Source of the DNA: Zygnema circumcarinatum SAG 698-1b
Lineage: Eukaryota > Plantae > Zygnematophyceae
Reading direction: 5' to 3'
Length of the DNA stretch: 64,000 nt
Assembly: GCA_037447605.1 (NCBI GenBank)
Contig: CM074817.1
Span: 1,860,001-1,924,000 of the forward strand
The notes under the pieces are model-generated. The model was not told where the DNA came from and made no database searches. It saw only the letters and a program-made list of their open reading frames with translations. The position numbers and the translations under genes are program-made. Below, piece after piece: positions 1-17,129 of the stretch; position 1 is the first letter of the stretch, and each line of letters opens with the position of its first letter.

Positions 1-14
1 GGGGTGTTGGAAGG

Positions 15-5439
<5,425 letters not shown>

Positions 5440-6269
5440 GAAGGAGACGCCGTTATGCGCCGCCTGTCAACTGCACGTCAAAGGGAGCGAGAAAAAAATA
5501 AGTGCAGAAGCTGGCTCACCCTGAGAAAGGGTGTGGCTTGGCTCATTTCCGGAGCTCATTTATAACTGCTTCCTATCTCGGACTTGACAGGAAGCAGACG
5601 AAGAAGAGCCACGGCGGAGGACTTCATTGAAACAGCTCCCATGTATAAGGAGGGCGATTTAGGAGACTGCTGGAGGGAAGCAGTATCCTGCACCACTTTA
5701 AGAAGTCTGCCCTAATAATGGATACAGGTGGTGCAGGATAGGGCTCGATGTCCAGCCCGGGCTTGGAATACTAATAGTCTATAATTGTCCTCAATAATTA
5801 GAGTTGGGTATTGCCTACCTTTGGCTCGGAGAGGATCTGTGCTTTATTAGGGAAGCGATGGGAGTAGAAATCAGAGAAAGATGCTGGGAGAGGGGATGGT
5901 GGGATCTCTCTCCCATGACAGACTGGGGTTGGAGATTAAATTCGTTTTTTTGTAACTGATGTTAAAAATAATTTCATTGAAGTTGATCTTTTTTCTTTTT
6001 ATCTTTTCTTATAAATAATGGATACTGACTGGGTTCTGTTCCACCAAGAAGTTTCAATAGGAACGGGTTGCATTTGAGAACATGACCTTCGCTACATTCT
6101 TAATGTCTTTGGTGAAAATGAATCAGGGTGAATTTATGTCAGGAAGTGCATGCTGGGCGGGGCAACCATGTCCATGTGAGAGACGAGTCTGCAACTGCGC
6201 CTCTGGATGTTAACAAATTAAAATTTTCAGATTGTCAAAACGTAGCATTCATGCCATTTTCACAATCAA

Positions 6270-6510
6270 ATTGTGGAACTGGAGCTACGCTACACAGAGG
6301 AGAGAGAAAGCGAAGAGAGGGAGGGGAGGGGGGGTGAAGAGGGGGCGGGGCAGAGGGAGGGGGCGGGTGGAGGGGGAAAGGGGAGAAGGGAAGAAGGTGG
6401 GGGAGGGGGTAGGAAGAGGAGAGGGATGGGAAGAGACATGTGTGTGAGAGACGGAGAGCGAGAGGAGAGAAAGAGAGTGAGAGAGAGAGTGAGAGGATGA
6501 CAAGGGCACT
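6270..6510. repeat. Purine-rich (G/A) low-complexity tract between convergent genes
   Basis: Almost exclusively G/A over about 240 bp. Confidence 0.85.
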
Positions 6511-6877
6511 GCGAACTGCAGGATTGCAAATGAGTTGAACAGAAAAGCACGTCTATTTATTAAGAAGGGTGTACAGAGGTGATGGTGAGTGCTGAGCCTT
6601 CCAGGGGCGCTTGTCTACGCAGTTCTCAGCGTTTACCTTCTTATTCCCATCCTATTCCCGAAAAAGTCCCCTCCAGCAGTTTGATGATACAATGTACAAT
6701 TTGACAGCAGCCATCGGCTGCAAAAAAATTACAACCATACTATACAGAGCGCTACAACATACACAACTCTACACCGCCATTTCTGTACACTCACTACACT
6801 TTCGTAGTCGGAATGAGCTCAGGGTTCCCTGTCACTCTTTCTCAATATGCTTTCTTAGCCCTACACGTTACCCAAGC

Positions 6878-8658
6878 CTACAGTTTCTGACGGTTTTCAC
6901 ATAGCACAAGATTCGGTTCTTGTCTGCCGTTTGTACCTTGCAAATTGATTTTACTCCCTTTCAAATCATCCGCCTGAGTCTCGACCAACCACTGGGAAGG
7001 ACCCTTTCCCAATGCCGCCTGGAGAAAAAACGCGACAACAGCAGGAAGCAACCCCGAGCCATGTTTACTTTGCGTCCTGTCAAACGCAAGCTGATCTCCA
7101 TCTTCCTTCTCCCCGTCAGGACCACACGGGTTGAAGCATGTAGGCCTGCTGCTAACTGAAAGACAGAGTTCGTCGCTGCCACTGGGTTTGCCACTGCCAA
7201 GACCGGGCGAGGAAAAGGTTGCAGCCGGCTCAACAGAATAATCGCAATAACTCCCATGCAGGTCTTTGCAACGTGCAGAACCCGCAGGCTTTCCCGCATT
7301 GCTCGACAGCACATTCATGTTCTTGTCATTTAGCACATTGCAGGGGGGTATGTGGCAGAAGTGGCGCTGAAAATCTGCTGCTGGCGGAGAGTGGGATAGG
7401 CTGGGAGGTGAAATAGGAAGACCTGCTCTCACAGTGCCATTTGCACTGCTGCCATTGAGTACAGTGCAACTCTCTTTCCTTCCGCATTTCTCCCCCACCC
7501 CATCGTTCAAGGGTTTCGCAGGAGAGGGTGCCTTCGCCAACCAGGGATGTGCCAAAATCCCCTCCACTGTGAGCCTCTTACTAGGGTCTAGGGCGAGCAT
7601 TCGACGAATAAGATCCTTCGCCTCGTCAGAAATGGCTGACCACGGCTCTGCAGAAAAATCCAGGCGGCCAGAACAGACAGCTCTCTTCACGCTCTCCTTG
7701 TCGTTTTGCTGGAAAGGCAATTTTCCCGTCAGAAGTGCCCAGAGCAGTATTCCCAAACTCCAAATGTCAGACTCCAACCCATATCTCCGTCCGAGAAACA
7801 TTTCTGGAGACAGGTAGTATCTGCAATGAAAATTAATCGAAGAGTTAGGTGACATCATTCTCCTGAATTCTGAGACATTCAAAATTTTCGTCAAACACCT
7901 GGACAACCAGTCAAACCTCAGTGAAAAAAAAAGTGGGAGGAGAAAACTCACAAAGAACCGCACTGGCCTTCCATCTTGTCGCCACGGCGTAGCGACACCG
8001 CCTGCCCAAAGTCCCCCAATTTTACAGAGAATGCAACATCCTCTTCTTCGTCCTCGTCGCTCTCAGCCAAAATATTCCAAAAGCTCCAGCGGCCCCGCCC
8101 TTGCCCATGCCCACTGCTTTCTCTGCAAAGTAAAACATTTTCCGGCTTCAAATCGCGGTGCATCACTCCATTCTGATGACAGTGGGCCACCGCCGCCGCC
8201 ACCTGCTTGAACACCCGCAACGCATCCTTCTCCTTGAACTGCGAACGCCGATTAATCTCATCGCACAGGTCCCCGGCATTGCAGAGCTCCATCACCAGAT
8301 GCACCGCCCTCTCATCTTCATACAACCCTCGCAACCCCACGACGTTTGGATGCCCTGCGAGCTTCCCTAGCGCCTCCACCTCTCTCCTCACAACAGCCGA
8401 CCTCCCCTGCAACTTTGCCTTCAATACCGTCTTGCAGGCAAACCTCTCCCCCGTCCTCCTCTCCCTCACAATCCTCACTATCCCATAACATCCCCTCCCT
8501 ATCTCCTCTTCCATGGCGTACACGCTCTTCACCCCCTCCCTGCTCGCTTGCTGCAACAACATCACTCCTCCACCTCCCCCTCCCCCTCCTCCCTGCCCTT
8601 GCTTGTTAACCCTAATCTCCCTCCCCGCCTCTCCCGCCCCTGCTTCCTTCTCCCCCAT
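6878..8658 (-). CDS. CDPK-superfamily Ser/Thr kinase lacking EF-hands (PEPKR/PPCK-like), 2 exons, about 549 aa
   Basis: Exons 8658..7952 and 7820..6878, GT-AG intron 7951..7821, joining GSL|YYLSPE. Motifs EEIGRGCYG, FACKT, GHPNVV, VMELCNAGDL, HRDLKPEN, DFG, DIWSLG, HPW. The C-terminal tail has no EF-hand pattern. The ORF-track start at 8685 is TTG; the first ATG is 8658. Confidence 0.88.
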
Positions 8659-9361
8659 AGCCTCTCCCTTCCCCTCCCGTCCCAATCCTCTCCCTCACTC
8701 CCTTCGACCGGGCCCTTATGTACTGCGCCCCTCGCGGTCTCCGCCTGTCACAAAAGTCCAAACGCGTCGCGAGAGTTCGACGGGTCGGCGTGCGCGCCAC
8801 TCAACACGTGGGCGACGGCCCGGAACCTTCGGGACAGACAGCCAATGGGAGGCGAGATAAGCGCGTGCGACCACAAAGACGGCGGGTTGATGGGCGGCGC
8901 GCTCACACTTGTTGTCGCGGTCGGCGGCGTGTCGTCGTTTTCGGCCGCGGAGAACCGTTGCCGGTGCCGCGCTGGCGGCGCTCTATGTCGGTCGACTGCT
9001 CCGTTTCTTGTCGAACAGTAACGGAACTGAACTGAGCGTAATAGAACGACACGACACGGAACGGGTTGGAAGGCAATGGAGGCCTCCCATAGTATTATAT
9101 GCATATTCTAGAGACTGTTAACTTCATGGTCTTTGCAGGTTTTAGTTAAAAACAGGATCTGGGCAGACTTCATTTTATAGCCTTTTTTAAATGCAGAATT
9201 ACACAAATGAAGTTGGAAAAGTTAGAACACCCTTATGGCCAAGGAGGTGTCGCAACAAACTTTTGGCATATTCATGTTAAAACAAGGGACTTCCTTATTT
9301 GAGTCCTGCAGGAGTTGTGCTCTCCGCATGCTCCAAAGCCCACAGAAAATGGGGCCAACTA

Positions 9362-12300
9362 CTACCGCCTGCTTTTTCGCCGCCTTCGGTCCTTTTCTGA
9401 GTCCGTTTCACTCTCACTTTCGCTCTCAGAGTCACTACCACTGTCATCATCATCACTCTCACTGTCACTATCGCTCCCACTCCCATCCGAGCTCTCACTT
9501 TCACTACCATCACCGCTCTCACTCTCCGATTCAAGATCCGGCGGTTTCTGCTGCTGCATAATTAGTTTCGGCATGTTCTTCAAGAATTCACGCAGATTAT
9601 CCGTGAGCCCTCCCAGACCGATAGATGTGAAGAAGTTGATTGCAAAACGTGTGTTCTTGGGATTGTCTCTTGGAAAGACCCCAATGAAGGCCGCCTCCAT
9701 GCTCGGATCAGATAGGCGGTCATTCAGACTTCGCAGGCCCATATGCTCCGATAACTCCTGCAGACCATGCCAATACAGATACAACTTCAGTAGCAGGTTC
9801 TTTCAACCCCATACAGATGCAGATGTATGCAGATGACATACTATGGTTGTTGCATGGGTGAATGCCTGAGTTTCCTATGAAAGAAAGACCAAAAATGGCC
9901 CCTTTCACAGGCAGAGAGCTTTGTGACCTCCATGACATCGACCCTGGACGAGAGGACGGAACAAATTGTGCAATACCTGGAACAAAATCTTGATGAAAAT
10001 ACGTGCAGAGGAGGAGGTATCCTCCTCTGTGAGTCGGATGTAGGAGAGGATATCCCACGGCAGCGCGAGCCGTGCGAGGAGATGAGCGAAAAACTTGGCC
10101 ACGTTGCGCAGCTTGTTCGTTTCCAAACGGTGAATCATCGAATACTGTTTCACAAAGCATGTCTCAAAATTTTCCTGAAACAGCCTGTTAATCATGCAAA
10201 AACGCTCACCCAAAAGCCCGTAGTAGCGCAGATAGGTACGCTCCTGAGAGCAACATTCCAACAACATGACGCATAGTTCCATCTGCACAGAGAAGCAAGT
10301 TTCAAGCATATTATAAGAATGAGATTCTGAAAGCAAGAGCACTCTTTATCTCTTTAGCTCGCTGACAGCAAGAACACAAGGAACATGCAACATGCAGGAA
10401 AACGACAATTTTGATGTTCGAATGATGTGGGCTCATCATCACCTCTTGACCGGGTTCCAACTTGATCTTCATTAGCTTGTGGCCCGCTTCTTCAAAGTCA
10501 ACTGATGCCATGATGGTGAGATAGATCGTACGCCTCAAATTTACCAAGTTTGTCTCAGTCTGGTCCCTAATCTGCACCATCTGCTCTCTCGCTTCAGCTG
10601 CCTCCTCATCCTCAGAAGATCCTTCACTATCTTCATCATCCTCTTCTCCCTCTTCCTCATCTTCAGACTCCTCTCCGAGAAGCTCCTTCTTGATCTTCTC
10701 ATATTCCTTCTCGTCCTCTGCAAAGTTAGGATTAACCTTGAATATGTCCAATCCTGTCTGTGGATCAAGATCTTCAGCCTGAAGCAAAAGATTGTGTGTA
10801 ATCTGCTGCTCTGATTCAACCAGATCAAGCTCGGGAACAACTGCCTCGTGTCCTGCAAACTTGGCCTTACGGATCGCAAACAGTCCTTCAATTGTGAACT
10901 GAACGCGCTTGTCAATCTCTCCTTCATGTAGAATGGCTCGGAAACGGTCGAAAACCACTGCAGCACAAGATTCGCCCAATAAGAAAAGGAAAACATACCT
11001 TTTTCTCTAGCAAACCAAGAAACCCTTCAAATAACATAGTGCGCCTCGTAAAACCGAGAAAGAATCACCACACTCATTACTATGGCCGGCCAGCTCTCCA
11101 CTTTTAGCACAAAAAGTAGAGAAGAAAAGCAGAGAAGTTAGTTGCTTAACATACCATGTAAACCAGTGGGGCTCACATCCTGCAACATCGCTCCGCATTC
11201 TTTCATGAAACCCACTGCCACTTCCACACTGTCATCTGTCGGTTCCTCCAATAGCAATACCAACAGCTCCAATGCAAGCACTTCACTCGCTACTTGCTGG
11301 TTCACCAAATGTGCAATAAACCGCGTTGTCGCTAGAAGCACAGGCTGCATTCGACCCCAAAACCACACGCTGTCAGAAAAACTATAGCTTTGCAATCCTG
11401 TCCAATATGCCCGGGGAACATAATTCATTTCCAGCAAAAACCCATACAACTATACGCCAGATCTTAGGGTTTGGGGAGGACCAAAACAGCAAGTTCTAGA
11501 GTTTCAGAAAGCAACAAGGCAGAATTCCGGGTTTGAGAGAGCCCAGATATCAAATTCTAGGGTTTGACGAGGCCCACAAATCAGAATTTAGGGTCTGGAA
11601 AAGCCCGAGGCAGCAAACTGTCTGGTTATCGAGAGCTAGCTATTAAGTAAGAACAGCTAAGCACTTCAAAGATTCAGGAACGCTGGTTCTGCAACATATG
11701 CAAGCAGAATAACAGCATAAAATTCGTCTTATTTGACTAGTTTACCTTGTCGTTACGCCTGAAAGCACGTCGGAATTGCAAAATGATACGGGTAAGCAGA
11801 AGCTCTCCAAGGTCAGGAAACTTGGTATTCACCACCGCTGCGAGAGCTGCAAATACATGTGTGAATGTAGGGGAAGCCATCTGCGACTTCATGCAGGAGC
11901 GCACAAACAGACCCTTCCCCCGAATCAAATTCTCTGACAACAGTTCAGGAAGAATGTTCTTAATGTTGCTCGAGTTGACTTTGTTGACGAGTCCATTAAT
12001 ACTCTTTCTCAGTGCATCCCACGTTATGCGCTGATATTCTACGCTCGACTTGTCGTCTATGTCTTTCATCATCTGAGCCAGCTTGAATGGAGGAATGTAA
12101 ATTCCCCCAGCCCTTCCGGCTGGCTTGGCTTCAACTACAGCAGCCTCCTTTACAACAGGAGTTGCGCCGGCAGCTTTGACAGGAACAGGCTCCTTCTCCA
12201 GTTCCCCATTTCCCCTGCTCTCCCTTTCCCGCACGTAATTTCCGTTCCGTTTGTCTACTCTTTCTTCGTCTGCTGTATCTCTCTTTCTCTTCCTTTCAAA

Positions 12301-12807
12301 ATTCTCATTCCCATTCCTTTCCATCTCCCTATCCCTATCACGGTAATCGTCCCCTCTCGAATCCCTTCTTCTTCCTTCACTACGCCTTCGGCTATCCATG
12401 TCATCCCGCCCCCTGTGTCCTCTACTATCCCCTCTCTCACTCCTCTCATCTCTGTCACCCCTCCCTTCTCCCACCACCCCCTCCCTCTCCTCCCTGTACC
12501 TATGCCGATCCTCATCTCTCCTCCCTCCCCCGGCTCGGTCATCCCGCCTATATTCCGCTCGAAACCTATCCAATTTCCTATTTTCCTCTTCTTCTTTGTC
12601 TTTCTCCTTCCGAGATTCCCACCTGTCGTCTTCATCCGGCTCTGGACTTTCTTCTCTCCTCTCTCTCCCTCCCTCCTTCCTCTCTTTCACGTCATCCTGC
12701 TCCTTCTCATACCTAGTTGAATCATCCCCGTCTCTCTCCTCCTCTCGCTGCCCTTCTCTCTCTCTCTCCCGCCGGTTCCTTCTTCCCTCCCCCGCCATGG
12801 CCGGCAT
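9362..12807 (-). CDS. CWC22: Pre-mRNA splicing factor CWC22 (MIF4G + MA3/MI domains; RD/RE-rich N-terminus, SD/SE-rich C-terminus), 5 exons
   Basis: Exons 12807(or 12798)..11746, 11344..11155, 10957..10443, 10282..9977, 9757..9362; all phases consistent. Hallmark segments [95 protein letters not shown]. Confidence 0.96.
11458..11612. repeat. Degenerate 31-bp tandem repeat (x5) with telo-box-like (TAGGGTTT) and site-II-like (GCCCA) cores in CWC22 intron 1
   Basis: Units start near 11458, 11489, 11520, 11551 and 11582, e.g. CAAATTCTAGGGTTTGACGAGGCCCACA. Confidence 0.65.
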
Positions 12808-12934
12808 ATTTCTACGGCAACAGCAGCTCCTTCCCAGCGGCCGATGGCCCCAAGCTTAGCGGAGAGCGGCGGATAAATTCACATGTGCACAGTTTAGCGT
12901 TGCGTTCCAAAACTGCAAAGTCTAGATCAATTTT

Positions 12935-12990
12935 TCGATTCGTCCGATACGATACGATTCGGTACGATACGATACGTTTCGAATCACATT
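12935..12990. repeat. (CGATA)n-like degenerate microsatellite upstream of CWC22
   Basis: CGATACGATACGATTCGGTACGATACGATACG read directly; the same motif type recurs at 22655-22875. Confidence 0.7.
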
Positions 12991-13094
12991 CGATCCGGCA
13001 CCAATGGATGGGCAACTGTGATCAGTACTGTCTCTTTTTTTTGCGTTGCCGTACAGTAGGCAAAAGCTTTGTCATCGTTTTCATCCGTACGACG

Positions 13095-13515
13095 GGTTCG
13101 ATTAGGTTGTCAAAGATGAATTTAATGAAAATGGAGTATAGTTGCCGCGAGTCTGACGTTGCCACGTCGCGCGTCCGGATTTGTTGTGCTTTTCGTTGGA
13201 TCGAATGCGCAGAAAATGGGGTATATCGCGTAACCATTCAGTCATTGCCACGTGTCATTTTCTACGTACGACAGCGTTCGATTTGAATGTTTTATGTGAC
13301 CTACGGATTCGATTAGGTTGTCAAAGATGAATTTAATGAAAATGGGGTATAGTTGCCGCGAGTCTGACGTTGCCACGTCGCGCGTCCTGATTGGTTGTGC
13401 GTTTCGTTGGATCGAATGCGCAGAAAATGGGGTATATCGCGTACCCATTCAGTCATTGCCACGTGTCGTTTTCTACGTACGACAGCGTTCGGTTTGAATG
13501 TTTTACGGGACCTAT
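13095..13515. repeat. 211-bp tandem duplication (2 copies) with multiple CCACGT cores
   Basis: ATTAGGTTGTC at 13101 and 13312, and GTATATCGCGTA at 13221 and 13432: both 211 bp apart, with few substitutions. Confidence 0.92.
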
Positions 13516-13517
13516 TA

Positions 13518-13674
13518 GGGGGTGTCAGACTTAAAAAATTTCAGTACGCTTGTTCGTAAGTTTGACATCAGAACGAGTACTCCAGTATAATCGCGATCCT
13601 TCTGCGGCGGATGACTTTCGTAACCTTTTTTTTCGTAACGCTTTTCGTAAGATTTTGTTAAGTCTGACACCCCC
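13518..13674. mobile_element. MITE, 157 bp, TIR GGGGGTGTCAGACTTAA, TA-flanked
   Basis: TA|GGGGGTGTCAGACTTAA ... TTAAGTCTGACACCCCC|TA; a perfect 17-bp TIR with no coding capacity. Confidence 0.82.
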
Positions 13675-13991
13675 TATTGTTGTAAATAGGGTATGTGTCG
13701 CAGCGTGTTTAAAATGGCCACGTGGTGCATTCTTATTGGTTCAGCACTTGCGTGGATCTAATGTACAGTAATTTGGGTATATGGATAACCAGTCAGTTAT
13801 TGCCACGTATCCCTTTTTTTTTTTTTGGATCGTCGAACGGAATGAGGTATACCTCTTATCCAGTCAGAAATTGCCACGTGGGTGCTGTAGTGTGTTTTTG
13901 GATCGTTTGTAGGAAATGGGGTATGTCGCTTATCCAGTCAGGTGGTGCCAAGTAGCCCTAAAATGAGAAAAAAACCAAAAAAAGACATAAT

Positions 13992-14037
13992 CAATCTAAA
14001 TATTACAACATGAGGCCTCAAGTTGTATTAATTAGTT

Positions 14038-14071
<34 letters not shown>

Positions 14072-14345
14072 TTTGTAAAAGTCACACACGCAAATACACA
14101 CACACAAACAGTCACAGGGAAAAAAAAAAAAAAAAACAATCTTAATATTACAACATTTGGCCTGATGTTGTAATATTGAGAGTGTTCTATTTTTTTTTTG
14201 GTTTGTTTAAAAAAAAAAACAATCTAAATATTACAACATTAGGCCTTATGTTATAATAAAAAGTTTGTTTTTTTTGTTTTTTTCTTTAAAAAAAAATCAA
14301 TCTAAATATTACAACATGAGGCCTCACGTTGTAATAAAAAGTTTG
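13992..14345. repeat. Four copies of a ~38-bp palindromic unit (AATCTAAATATTACAACATGAGGCCTCANGTTGTAAT) separated by poly(A)/poly(T) tracts
   Basis: Copies near 13992, 14138, 14221 and 14298; copy 2 has perfect 13-bp arms AATATTACAACAT/ATGTTGTAATATT. Confidence 0.85.
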
Positions 14346-14518
14346 ATTTTCCTTTTTTTTTGTTTTTTCTGTTAAAAGAATGCGCACATTCAAACAGTCA
14401 CACAAACACAGACACACAAACGCACACACTCTCACACAGAAAAAAAAAAAAACAACAAGAAAACAAGAAAAAGAAAACGAAAGATAAAAAGGTGAAGAAG
14501 AAAATGATGAAGAATGCG

Positions 14519-15015
14519 AACATCATTATCTCCAAGACCGGGTCCTTCCGAAATCTGTCCAGGGTTATTTGCTATACAACACATGAGTGTAAGTGTAAGT
14601 ACGAACCTTTTTTCATCAAGATCAGATGTATCCGACATTCTTCGATCTTTTCGAACATCATCATCTCTAGGACCGGGTCCTTCCGAAATCTGTCCAAGGT
14701 TATTTGCTATACAACACATGAGTGTAAGAGTAAGTACAAACCATTTTACATCAAGATCTTATGTTTCCGACATTTTTCGAATTTTTTGAACATCATCATC
14801 TCCAGGACCGGGTCCTTCCGAAATCTGTCCAGGGTTATTTGCTATACAACACATGAGTGTAAGCGTAAGTACGAACCATTTTACATCAAGATCTTATGTT
14901 TCCGACATTTTTCGATCTTTTTGAACATCATCATCTCCAAGACCGGGTCCTTCCGAAATCTGTCTAGGGTTATTTGCTATACAACACATGAGTGTAAGCG
15001 TAAGTGCGAACCTTA
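14519..15015. repeat. 135-bp tandem repeat, about 3.7 copies
   Basis: AACATCAT unit starts at 14519, 14654, 14789 and 14924, an exact 135-bp period. Confidence 0.95.
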
Positions 15016-15104
15016 TGTACATCATGATCTCATCTTTACTATCTTATCTCAAGTTTTTTTTTTTTTTGGTAATTTCCAAAACTTCCAAAATTCCAAATTT
15101 CCAT

Positions 15105-15182
15105 ATGTCTAGCATTTCAATATGTCTAGCATTTCAATATGTCTAGCATTTCAATATGTCCAGCATTTCCATATGTCCAGCA
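15105..15182. repeat. 17-bp tandem repeat (TAGCATTTCAATATGTC) x4-5, followed by a (GACT)n-rich stretch to about 15360
   Basis: Read directly. Confidence 0.85.
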
Positions 15183-15785
15183 AAATCTTTAAAGTCCGGA
15201 GGACTGGCCTGAGGACTGACTGACTAATGGACAGACAACCTAACTGACTGACATGCTGATCAACAGATTGTCAGACACAGACCAAATTTCTGAGTGACTA
15301 ATTGACAGACGGACTCACAGACGAGTCGACGGGCTGACTGACTGACTGACTGACTGATTGATTTGTCAGTTAGTAACCTCCATCTTTCCTCAACACCCTC
15401 TCCTTTTTCTTCCTTCGCCCTTCCACCATTCTCCCTTTCACCACACTCCATGTTCCTTCCTCCTCCTTCCTCCACCAATCATTATTTGTCGGTTTTTTCC
15501 ATTTCTTTGGTAGAAACAAAATCAACAGCAACACAAGCAGTAATAGCAAGAGCTGCAGCAGCAGAAAGGCAGAGGATCCGCAGCGACAAGAGTGTTGGTT
15601 ACGGTAGATTTCGGAACAATAGGGCTGCAAGCATCAGCAGCAACTCTTCAGTTAGACAGGCGAGTGTAAGAAAATGGAAGTCGGGAGAACATGAAGAATA
15701 GGGGAAGATGATATCGCGGTTGTCCCGTAACCGTTTCGTCATCGAAACATCGTCGACGTCACCGTACCGGCACGAAACGGCTCTA

Positions 15786-15976
15786 CAGTAGACCCCCCCA
15801 ATATTTTCGCCATGATTTTGGCAAATATTGGGCGAAAATATTGGGTAGCGAAAATATAAGGGTGCGTGTTAACAATAGGCGGGCAGTATTATATTAAAAA
15901 GTGGTTTTGGCAAATTCAGGGCGAAAATATTGGGGAGCGAAAATAAGAGGGGCGAAAATATTGGGGGGGTCTACTG
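15786..15976. mobile_element. Tc1/mariner-type MITE, 191 bp
   Basis: TA|CAGTAGACCCCCCCAATATTTTCGCC ... GGCGAAAATATTGGGGGGGTCTACTG|TA; CAGT termini, TA TSD, internal GGCGAAAATATT subterminal repeats. Confidence 0.88.
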
Positions 15977-16415
15977 TATTTGGACAATCGTCTTTGGACG
16001 AGGATGTGGTCTTTTTTTTTACGATTTTCGTAATCGCGGGATTGTGATTGTCGGTTGACAATCCCCGAAACGGCATGATTGTACCGGTGTGTGTTGGTAA
16101 ACCGTAACAGCTTGTTTTGTCAACTTTTTTCGCCCGCCGCCCGCCGCCCTCCGTTTTGTCGCCACGCGCGCCTCACACGTGCGAGAGGCGCTCGCACATG
16201 CGTGACGCGCATGGCGACAAGGCGGGGCACGATTCCTCGTCGGCGGAAAGCTGGAATTTCGAACCCGTTTCGGAGCGCGGAATTCTGAAATTTGGGGACA
16301 TTTTTGTAACCTATTCCGCCGTACGGACGTGACAGACAGGTTCGGGGGGAGCCGTGGCCCGAATTCAGAAATCGAAATCAATACCTTTCCGCCGCCAAAA
16401 TCTTTCAATTCCGCG

Positions 16416-16442
16416 GGCGATGGTCAAGGTCTGACTCCCCCT
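16416..16442. mobile_element. Solo terminal inverted repeat of the MITE family seen intact at 59772-59969; followed by 24-bp repeats (AACCGGTTTCCAATCAAAAGCGAT)
   Basis: GGCGATGGTCAAGGTCTGACTCCCCCTA is the reverse complement (one mismatch) of the 59772 element's left end; no partner TIR seen nearby. Confidence 0.65.
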
Positions 16443-17129
16443 AATAACCGGTTTCCAATCAAAAGCGATAACCGGAACCGGTTTCCAATCAAAAGCGATA
16501 ACCGGTTTCCAATTCCGCTAATCAGGAATCTAAATCGCCCCTCGCGCAACTGAACAGAACACATTATTAAGCAGCCTGTGTTCGATCAGTTTCCGTTTCA
16601 ATTCACTTCACATAATTAAGGTTCGAAGACATTTCTATAAAAAGGCAACGCACGAGGATCTTGATCCGCAGCCTGTTGTTTTATTTCCTCCTTCTTCTTC
16701 TTTTTTCATTGGGAGTTGAAGCAGAGAAGCATTCTGAGAAGACCCTAAACAAGAAACCCAGAATTCCACAATTGAACCAAAATCCGCCCCTGGGAACCAG
16801 CTGGAAGACCCAACAACAAGATTCAGTTTCCGGAATGAAGGCAGCCACTGCAAAGAAAAAACCCAACTCACGTTCCTAGAGGCACAGAAACATTACTTCC
16901 TCTTGTGCAAATCTGCCATGAAAATTGTACACAAAATTGACCCACGACCAACACTGCGATCCTATCTTTCCGATGATGCATCCCTCAGACACATCCAGCT
17001 CCTCCATCTCCCCAACAAATGAAGAGCCCGCTTTTCCCATTCAGCTACACATAGCTGCAGCCTCTCTCCCCCAGAATACTTATGTACAGACTTTCCGCAT
17101 GTAAGGCTGATTGTGATTGTCAACTTTCC

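Noticed and set aside
6128-6550. Gly/Glu/Arg- or Pro/Ser-rich ORFs (also at 35028-35879)
   Set aside because: Low-complexity purine/pyrimidine tracts stay open by chance; no domain signal.
13992-14345. CRISPR array interpretation of the palindromic repeats
   Set aside because: Eukaryotic context, no cas genes, spacers are homopolymers of unequal length, and the repeats are divergent.
15363-16900. Several 60-130 aa ORFs between the repeat arrays and the TRF4-like gene
   Set aside because: No recognisable motifs or consistent splice chain; they overlap MITEs and repeats.
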